From a virus: a DNA stretch of 64,000 bases. How positions within the stretch are numbered: position 1 is the stretch's first letter; each line of letters starts with the position of its first letter. The stretch covers positions 1 through 64,000 of IMG/VR virus record IMGVR_UViG_3300017917_003053; one strand, written 5' to 3'. Below are positions 21,206 through 28,809 of this stretch, in pieces. Under the pieces are notes generated by a model that saw only the letters and a program-made list of their open reading frames with translations, had not been told where the DNA came from and ran no database searches. The position numbers and the translations under genes were made by a program.

Positions 21206-22522
21206 ATGATCCACGATTTTGATTATGTTTGGAATATGGTTCGTGATCTTAGGGCTACTAGTAGCACTATTGATAAGCAAGAAATTATTGAAGATTATTG
21301 CGGTCATAATTCTGCCGCTGCAAATTTTGCTAAGAAAATTCTTCTTTATACCTATCATCCATTGTGGCAGTATAATGTTACTAGCGATAATCTCAAGAAG
21401 AAAAACTCTTTGAGAGGAAAGTCTTATAAGAATTTTTTTGATCTTCTAGACGATCTAAAGAGTCGAAAGATTACTGGTCACGATGCTATCGGGGCAGTCC
21501 ATACTTTTATTGATAGTCAGTCAAATAAAAGCAATATTGAAGAACTGATTTATTGCATCATCGACAAGGATTTGAAAACCCGTGCTGGTGATAAGATTAT
21601 CAACAAGGCTATTCCTGACCATATTCCAGAGTTTAGTGTTGCTCTTGCTGATAAATACGAGCCTAAACTTGTAAGTTGGAAGGATGGTTGGTATGTCTCA
21701 CGAAAAATTGACGGTGCTAGATGCGTTGCTATTGTTGATAGTAATGGTGACGCTACCTTCTATTCCCGCACAGGAAAAGAGTTTGATACTCTTGGCGTTG
21801 TCGCTGGTGGCATTAAGGCTCTTGGCGTTAAGGATGTAGTATTTGATGGTGAACTTTGTCTGGTTGATGACGAAGGTAATGAGGATTTTCAGGGAATTAT
21901 GAAGCAACTGAAAAAGAAGGATCATACTATTCCTAATCCATCATATAAGATTTTTGATATGATCTCTCATGATGAATTTTATAGTAAGAAGGGCGAGAAA
22001 AATAAGCCATATTCTGTTCGTTTATCTAATCTGAATGAAGTTATGAAAAAGAATGAGTGTCCATGTCTTACTGTTCTTTATCAGGAATTGATTGAGGACG
22101 ATGAACATTTTGCAGAGTGGTCTGTGACAGCACAAAATGATGGTTGGGAAGGACTGATGCTTCGTGCTGATGAACCGTATAAAGGCAAGAGGTCTAAAGA
22201 CCTCCTCAAATTTAAAAGTTTCTTTGATGACGAATATGAAGTTGTAGACGTTGAAATGGGGCCATTTCGTTATGTATTGAATGGAAAGGAACATGAGGAA
22301 ACTATGCTTAGTTGTGTGATGATTAAGCATAAAGATCATATTGTTCGTGTTGGTAGTGGTTTCTCTATTGACCAAAGGCAGGAGTTTTATTGCGATCCAT
22401 GTAAAATTCTTGGAAAAATTATTACCGTTCAATATTTTGAAGAAACTAAGAACCAAGATGGTGGGATCAGTTTGCGTTTTCCAACATTTAAAATTCTGCA
22501 TGGAACTACACGATCAATCTAG
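21206..22522 (+). CDS. ATP-dependent DNA ligase
   Basis: KIDGAR (motif I), FDGEL, IFDM, EGLMLR, LLKFK, SLRFP; upstream promoter TTGACA-17-TATATT at 21153-21181. Confidence 0.95.
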   Translation: MIHDFDYVWNMVRDLRATSSTIDKQEIIEDYCGHNSAAANFAKKILLYTYHPLWQYNVTSDNLKKKNSLRGKSYKNFFDLLDDLKSRKITGHDAIGAVHTFIDSQSNKSNIEELIYCIIDKDLKTRAGDKIINKAIPDHIPEFSVALADKYEPKLVSWKDGWYVSRKIDGARCVAIVDSNGDATFYSRTGKEFDTLGVVAGGIKALGVKDVVFDGELCLVDDEGNEDFQGIMKQLKKKDHTIPNPSYKIFDMISHDEFYSKKGEKNKPYSVRLSNLNEVMKKNECPCLTVLYQELIEDDEHFAEWSVTAQNDGWEGLMLRADEPYKGKRSKDLLKFKSFFDDEYEVVDVEMGPFRYVLNGKEHEETMLSCVMIKHKDHIVRVGSGFSIDQRQEFYCDPCKILGKIITVQYFEETKNQDGGISLRFPTFKILHGTTRSI

Positions 22523-23494
22523 ATGAAAAATATACTATTAATTAAAAATACAGAATATCATTTTGAAGTACTTTTAGCACTATATCAAACCATTAAAAAT
22601 ATAGGCTATAATCCTATTATTTATGAAGCCGCCCCGGATGTATTCTGTCAACATAAATTTTTACAGACACATAATTTATCTATTAAAACAGATCATGATA
22701 TTTCAGATATCTATTGTGGTATTATAGTCTCTACATATCCGAATCCGACCACCAATAATAGAGATCCTATTCCTTATTTAAATGATCCTATATTTGATAA
22801 ATTGAAACGAATAATTTATCTTACTCATAGGTTTAAATATTCAGAAGATTTTACAGGGTTTATTAATTCTTCAAATACAATATCTTTATCTCCTTTGTCT
22901 AAAAAAGTTAATATAGATCATCTACACTTATTAGATTATCCATTCTCTGGAAAGAATAACTTTGATGAAAAGAGAATAAAACTTACAGTACAATCTCATT
23001 TTCAATACAAAAATCGTAATCCAAAAATTCTACTCAATATAATAGAACAGATACAAAATAAAATACATATTAATATCATCGGAACACATACCGATACAAT
23101 ATATTCTGCTATACCAAAGTCATTAATTCAGTCCAAAGACATTACTTTTTCAATACTTGATTCTGTTACGGAACATAAATTATATGAAATCCTAATAAAT
23201 TATACAGATTTTATTGTGAATTGTTTTGATAGTTCTACAAGATATAGCACTTATTATACAGAAAGATATAGTACGAATTTCTGTCATTCTATGTGCCTCA
23301 ATAAGCCAATCATTTGTCATGAATTTTTTCAAAACATACACCATATACCAGGAATCTATTACTCTAATAAATTACCTCATACATATATATCAAACAAAGA
23401 TTATGACAAATTCATCTATGATTTTAGTTTAATCAAACCTAAATTATATGAAGAAAACATAAATGTCTTTGATCAAAAAATTCAAAAGTTATAA
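22523..23494 (+). CDS. hypothetical protein, possibly a GT-B-like glycosyltransferase
   Basis: AT-rich, adjacent to a GT2 gene; C-terminal KPII motif is weakly GT-B-like. Confidence 0.4.
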   Translation: MKNILLIKNTEYHFEVLLALYQTIKNIGYNPIIYEAAPDVFCQHKFLQTHNLSIKTDHDISDIYCGIIVSTYPNPTTNNRDPIPYLNDPIFDKLKRIIYLTHRFKYSEDFTGFINSSNTISLSPLSKKVNIDHLHLLDYPFSGKNNFDEKRIKLTVQSHFQYKNRNPKILLNIIEQIQNKIHINIIGTHTDTIYSAIPKSLIQSKDITFSILDSVTEHKLYEILINYTDFIVNCFDSSTRYSTYYTERYSTNFCHSMCLNKPIICHEFFQNIHHIPGIYYSNKLPHTYISNKDYDKFIYDFSLIKPKLYEENINVFDQKIQKL

Positions 23495-24229
23495 ATGATA
23501 ATGAATAAATTTGTTTTTATTATACCATCATTTAATAATGAAAAGTGGTGTGAAAAAAATATTCTATCTATCTTAGATCAAGATTACCAAAATTGGAGAA
23601 TAATTTATATAAATGATTGTTCTATAGACAATACGGTATTTCAGATCAATTATTTAGTCGATAAATATCATTTACAAAATAAGTTCACTCTAATTCATAG
23701 CGAATATAATGAAGGTCCGGCTGCATCAAGATACAAAGGATATACACAAACTGAAGATAATGAAATATGTTGTTTTTTAGATGGAGATGATTGGCTATAT
23801 AGTAAAAAAGCGTTAAATATTATTAATGCATGTTATGAGTATGGGTATAATTATACATATGGTTCTTATGTAAGATTTAAAAATAGTCAAATACACAGCC
23901 ATCCTTTACCAACTATTAGTATAGACTATCCTTTTATTAGATCATCATCTCAATGGAGATGTCAGCATCTAAGAACTATGAGGTCTTATTTAATTAAAAA
24001 CATAGACTACAAAAAATATTTACAAATTAATGATCAATGGATTAGATACGGGACAGATATGGCTGAGAGTATCTATGTATTAGAACAAAAAGATGTTTTT
24101 CCATATATGATTACAAGTCCATTGTATGTCTACAATATAGACAATTCTATCTCCTACGATACCTCATATTTTTGTAATACAAATATCATATATAAGGATC
24201 AAATCATCAAACATATTAGGCATCTATGA
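23495..24229 (+). CDS. family 2 glycosyltransferase
   Basis: FIIPSFNNE, INDCSIDNT and FLDGDD motifs. Confidence 0.9.
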   Translation: MIMNKFVFIIPSFNNEKWCEKNILSILDQDYQNWRIIYINDCSIDNTVFQINYLVDKYHLQNKFTLIHSEYNEGPAASRYKGYTQTEDNEICCFLDGDDWLYSKKALNIINACYEYGYNYTYGSYVRFKNSQIHSHPLPTISIDYPFIRSSSQWRCQHLRTMRSYLIKNIDYKKYLQINDQWIRYGTDMAESIYVLEQKDVFPYMITSPLYVYNIDNSISYDTSYFCNTNIIYKDQIIKHIRHL

Positions 24230-24735
24230 TAATAGATCAAAATAATATCATATATCTTATTAAATATATTTCTCAATTATTTGATAACAAATGTATTCTA
24301 ACAGGTAGTGCTGCTGATTTTTTGCATTTAAACTATCAATATGTACAAGACATAGATTTTGTAGTCGAACATAATTTATATTATGACATTAGAAAATTAT
24401 CTAGTATCAATAAAAATCATCCATTTAATTTATTAACAAGAATAGGATCGTTAAAAAATACAAAAGACCATCATTTGCTACATACTTATTTATATGATAA
24501 TATTTATCAAATTGATTTACTAATTAAAGAACAAAATCTCATAAGTAAAAATATACAAACACTACAAATCAATACTCAAACTATAAACTTATTCAGTCCA
24601 GAAACCAGACTTGAACAACTTAAAAAATATAATTATAGAAATACTATTCCTGAGTTTCATATAAAATATGCCAATATTATGGCTAGGATTGCTCAATATA
24701 ACGAGATGCTAGAAAAACTGAATAGTGGCGATTGA
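24226..24735 (+). CDS. putative nucleotidyltransferase (pol-beta superfamily)
   Basis: ILTGSAA...DIDFVV (GS...DxD). Confidence 0.55.
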   Translation: MIIDQNNIIYLIKYISQLFDNKCILTGSAADFLHLNYQYVQDIDFVVEHNLYYDIRKLSSINKNHPFNLLTRIGSLKNTKDHHLLHTYLYDNIYQIDLLIKEQNLISKNIQTLQINTQTINLFSPETRLEQLKKYNYRNTIPEFHIKYANIMARIAQYNEMLEKLNSGD

Positions 24736-24760
24736 CAAGCCGATACCTGTATGATAGAAT
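24732..24760 (+). promoter_or_regulatory. sigma70-type promoter with CCGATA box
   Basis: TTGACA-agCCGATAcctgtatga-TAGAAT. Confidence 0.8.
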
Positions 24761-24788
24761 CAGAGCATACACGCTTTTGGAGGAAGTT

Positions 24789-25493
24789 ATGATTGTTGCA
24801 AACACTGTTATTCCGATTCAGAATACTACAATGGACAAGACCAAGGCCGATATTTTCTTTCAAACTTTTCCGCGAGACAAGGTTGTTTCGTATAAGGAAT
24901 ATTGGGAGAGTGTTCGTCCTCAAAATGTCGAAGATATTTTTCGTCGTTATCTTTTTGCTTATTGCTCTGTTCATACTACATGGAAGGGCAATTGTGCAGG
25001 ATATAACGCTATCAAGAATTTTGATGAGTGGATCGACAGCAAGGAAACTCTGCTAAATAAACTACACAAAAGCGGAGTCGGTCTACACAATAATCGTACT
25101 AATTATATTTGGGATTTTAGTGAGAAGTTTTGGGCTAATCCTAAAGATTTTTATTTTACTACCAAGAAGGGTCATGTCAAGAAGCGTGATAGTATTCTGA
25201 GCAAGATCAGCGGTATTGGTTTGGCTAAAATTAGTTTTGCTCTTGAGATGATCCATCCTAATGAGGCAAGAGTATTGTGTGGTGATATTCATCAACTTCG
25301 CCTTTACGATATGGAGCATCTGAAATATAATAAGAGTAAGAACGGATCGACCATGTATAAAAAAATGGAACGTCATTGGATGGTTAATTGTGGTAAGCAC
25401 AAGGTTCCATCCTATATTGCAAGATCAATCTATTGGGATCATTTGCAAGATAAAGATGATAGCAGATACTGGAGTTTTGTATTGGAGAACTAA
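24789..25493 (+). CDS. HhH-GPD superfamily DNA glycosylase-like protein (Ogg-like)
   Basis: HhH motif ISGIGLAKISF followed by GDIHQLRL; SD GGAGG at the 24789 start. Confidence 0.65.
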   Translation: MIVANTVIPIQNTTMDKTKADIFFQTFPRDKVVSYKEYWESVRPQNVEDIFRRYLFAYCSVHTTWKGNCAGYNAIKNFDEWIDSKETLLNKLHKSGVGLHNNRTNYIWDFSEKFWANPKDFYFTTKKGHVKKRDSILSKISGIGLAKISFALEMIHPNEARVLCGDIHQLRLYDMEHLKYNKSKNGSTMYKKMERHWMVNCGKHKVPSYIARSIYWDHLQDKDDSRYWSFVLEN

Positions 25494-25608
25494 ATAATGT
25501 CTAATGGCAAAGGAAGTAAATTTAGGCCGAAAACTGTGGATTACGGCACATGGGATAAAAACTGGGAAAAAATTTTCGGCAAACAGAAAAAAAATTCAAG
25601 GACGGGTG

Positions 25609-25636
25609 TTGACAAGTCGATAACACAGGATAGAAT
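25609..25636 (+). promoter_or_regulatory. sigma70-type promoter with TCGATA box
   Basis: TTGACA-agtCGATAacacagga-TAGAAT. Confidence 0.8.
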
Positions 25637-25713
25637 GAAAGAGTCAATGAGAGAGAATCAGTCGCGTGACTGACTCAAATTGACAAAGGTTGGAAATGAT
25701 TTGGAGGTTGATT

Positions 25714-25995
25714 ATGGCTGAAGTTACTACGGTTGAGAAGCAAAAGCGTGTTCGTTGTTCCGATGAGCAGTTCCTTGAGGCTGTTTATTCTTCCAGAACT
25801 TATGCGGAAATCGCAAGTAAGACTGGTCAGAAGGTTGCCTCAACAATGGCACGATATGCTCGTACCAAGGATGCTCTGAAGGAAAAGGGTATTGAACTTC
25901 CTACTATGGAACGTGCAAAGCCCGTTAAGACTGTCGATAATGTTGAGGCTATGGCTGAAGTGGTTCGTAGAATCAAGGCTAGCACTAACACTTGA
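25714..25995 (+). CDS. putative helix-turn-helix DNA-binding protein
   Basis: RTYAEIASKTGQKVASTMARYAR is HTH-like; SD GGAGG. Confidence 0.55.
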   Translation: MAEVTTVEKQKRVRCSDEQFLEAVYSSRTYAEIASKTGQKVASTMARYARTKDALKEKGIELPTMERAKPVKTVDNVEAMAEVVRRIKASTNT

Positions 25996-26085
25996 CATAC
26001 TTGTAATCGACTACTATAGTTAATATGATGAGGCACACTAATATCAACCTCAAATCAAAGATTATAGTAGTCGGTTACTTTTTAT

Positions 26086-26158
26086 GGGAGTGTAGTCCAA
26101 AGGCAGAGACAGTGGACTTAAAATCCATACAGTGTGGGTTCGACTCCCACCACTCCTA
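26086..26158 (+). tRNA. tRNA-Leu(UAA) with short variable loop
   Basis: Acceptor GGGAGTG/CACTCCT+A; anticodon arm GTGGA-CTTAAAA-TCCAT; T arm GTGGG-TTCGACT-CCCAC. Confidence 0.9.
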
Positions 26159-26181
26159 CTAATTTATCTTAATATAAACAA

Positions 26182-26565
26182 ATGTCTAGACAAACTAAAA
26201 AATGCAATAAATGTAAAATAGAGTTAGACATATCGTGCTTTTCTCCTTCTGGTGGAGGGAAATACAAAAGACCGGAATGTAGAAAATGTGCATCTAAATT
26301 AGCAAAAATTCGTAAAAAAATTAGATCAGAATCTGGAAATCCTCCACAAGATTACCAATGTCCAATATGTCATAGAAATGCAGATGATCTTCATGGTACT
26401 GGTGGACGAGCAGGAACATGGGCAGCAGATCATAATGACGAAACTGATAGATTCAGGGGTCATTTATGCCACAATTGTAATCGTGCAATAGGTAATTTCA
26501 ATCACGATAAAGAAAGATTGTGGAGAGCAATAGAATATTTAATGAAAGATGAGGCATCACAATGA
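26182..26565 (+). CDS. endonuclease VII-family (His-Me finger) nuclease
   Basis: CPIC...DHND.TDRFRGHLCHNCNRAIG plus an N-terminal CxxC..CxxC finger. Confidence 0.85.
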   Translation: MSRQTKKCNKCKIELDISCFSPSGGGKYKRPECRKCASKLAKIRKKIRSESGNPPQDYQCPICHRNADDLHGTGGRAGTWAADHNDETDRFRGHLCHNCNRAIGNFNHDKERLWRAIEYLMKDEASQ

Positions 26566-27163
26566 ATCAAAATTCTAATCCAATAGATTATCTCATAGAA
26601 TTATGTGAGACTGCTATCAATACTGGTAAATGGAACTTAACCAAATTTACTATTCTTAATGCCAAAGACGAACTTCGTCGCCTGAGACAAACAAATAAAA
26701 ATGTCAATTATGATAATGTCGCTTGGGCTAGTATTAATGATCGTGGAGATTTGTTTAACTTGACTACCCACTATAATAGGTTCCAAGACGAAAATACCAT
26801 TTTACCTCTTTACTGTGACAAGCAGGAGTTTAAAGAAAAATATGACAAGTTATCCAAACAGACTATTTAGAGGTTGGTGTTCTAATGAAGGTAATCAACG
26901 ATCTCATATTCTTCATTATCATGTATATACTGTTAGAGATATTACTGACTATAATGGTGGAAAAATTCCAGAAGAAGTAAATACCCTAGAAGAATACTTT
27001 AATACAGACTTGTTGGGTATAGATGAACCATACTATGCGGTATATGCCACATTCAAAATGGACATACCAAGAGGGCCAATTAAAATTTTTGAAACACCCG
27101 ATTTGAGGGTTGCAATTTATGTTGTGGAACAACTCACTGGGAATAAGGTAAAAGAAAACGAAC

Positions 27164-27631
27164 ATGAAACCTTGGATGGATGATAAAGAGATAGATAAAA
27201 TAGTATCTTATTTAAGACCAGAACATAAAGTTTTTGAATGGGGATGCGGAGGATCAACATTATATTTTAGTCAATATGTTTCGTCATATCGCTCTATTGA
27301 ACATAATAAAAAATGGTACTATGAGTTATACAAGTTAAAAACGCCCAATATTGACCTGCATCACTATTCTATCAAAAATAATCCTGATGAATATATTAAT
27401 GCTATATCTAATTATCCAGAACAATATGATATTATTTTAATTGATGGCAGATACAGAGTTAAGTGTGCTTTAACAGCAAAAAAGTATTTGATAAATAATG
27501 GCATTTTATTAGTACATGACTATTTCAATCGACCATATTACTCTGATATAGAAAAATATTATTCTCTAATAGATTCAATTAAAGATACAGAACAAACACT
27601 GGCTATTTTTAAAAATGAAATACACAATTGA
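27164..27631 (+). CDS. class I SAM-dependent methyltransferase
   Basis: VFEWGCGGST, SIEH, DIILIDGRYR and LVHD motifs. Confidence 0.85.
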   Translation: MKPWMDDKEIDKIVSYLRPEHKVFEWGCGGSTLYFSQYVSSYRSIEHNKKWYYELYKLKTPNIDLHHYSIKNNPDEYINAISNYPEQYDIILIDGRYRVKCALTAKKYLINNGILLVHDYFNRPYYSDIEKYYSLIDSIKDTEQTLAIFKNEIHN

Positions 27632-28136
27632 TACAGAGAGTGATGGGGAGGGCGGTTGTGCTGAGTTCTATAGAATAAAAGAAAACCCAAATTTAGGATT
27701 TAAACAATTTAGAAATAAAACATTTGCTACATCAGCATATAAGAAGCAAAAAATGCTGAGTAAGTTGGGATTGGCTCCCAAAGTATATGGAAAAGTTTGT
27801 AAAATCAAAATTGAATATCCTCATTTTTCATCAGAAACAAATTGGGGATATATCACAGAAAAAGCCAAAATCTGTAAACCAAGTTTAATGGAAAAAAGAT
27901 TGAAACAAATTCAGTCATTGGTTGAAGATATTGAAAAAAATACCAAATTAAAATTTTGGGATTGTCATTATTGGAATATTGGATATATAACTAGAAAAAA
28001 TAAGGCTAAACTAGTCTGTATAGACACTGGCACAGAAAGTTTTGACCCAGATTGTAATGCTTGGGGTAACGAAAACCCTGGGCCAAAATGCACAGAATGT
28101 AATAACTTTTTTTGTGAATGTTCCAAATACTACTAG
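27615..28136 (+). CDS. minimal protein-kinase-like fold protein
   Basis: Gly-rich GEGGCA, GFK, APKVY, DCHYWN (DxHxxN) and CIDTG. Confidence 0.6.
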   Translation: MKYTIDTESDGEGGCAEFYRIKENPNLGFKQFRNKTFATSAYKKQKMLSKLGLAPKVYGKVCKIKIEYPHFSSETNWGYITEKAKICKPSLMEKRLKQIQSLVEDIEKNTKLKFWDCHYWNIGYITRKNKAKLVCIDTGTESFDPDCNAWGNENPGPKCTECNNFFCECSKYY

Positions 28137-28738
28137 TGGTGTATAAAACTAGACGAGTTATTTAAATTTTATTAGGAGATAAAATATGTCAAATGACTAT
28201 TCAGATATCGTAAATCAAATTAAGGAAATGAAAGAAAATGATCTGAATGTGTCTAAAGATATACTCAAAATAAAAAAATCAATCAAAGATATTGAAGACA
28301 AAATATATAATATTGATGATACAGTAAGCAGAATGTTTGAGATATTAAATACTATCTCTCTATTTATAGAGGAAGCAGAAGAACAGGGCGATTTGGATTC
28401 AGACGAAGAAGCAGAAGAATCATGGAATCCATATAGTATACAATCAGAATATGATGAATATTATGATGACGAAGATGATGACTCAGAGAGTGGATATTAA
28501 TGGCTAGTTTAGCATTGTTGGTTACTTTAATGCTTTTATTTGTGGTTTTATTGGGTCCAGCCACATACTTATTGAGTTTGTCATCTTATATTCCTGAATT
28601 TATTATTTGGATATTAGGATTATTGAGCATAGGAATAGGGATATATTGGTTTTTCTTGCCCATTAATTTTTTAAGATTTTTTGGATTACTTACAGCATAT
28701 TTAGGATGGTTAGCGATACAAACTAAAGACAAAGGGGG

Positions 28739-28766
28739 TTGACAACCGATAACAGTATGCTAAGAT
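28739..28766 (+). promoter_or_regulatory. sigma70-type promoter with CCGATA box upstream of rIIA
   Basis: TTGACA-aCCGATAacagtatgc-TAAGAT. Confidence 0.8.
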
Positions 28767-28809
28767 AGGACTATCACAGGAACGATTCACAGGATTTTGG
28801 AGAAAAACA

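Noticed and set aside
4018-24788. ORF-track starts at TTG of 4018, 16262 and 24732
   Set aside because: These TTGs are the -35 boxes of promoters; SD-supported ATG starts are at 4069, 16307 and 24789.
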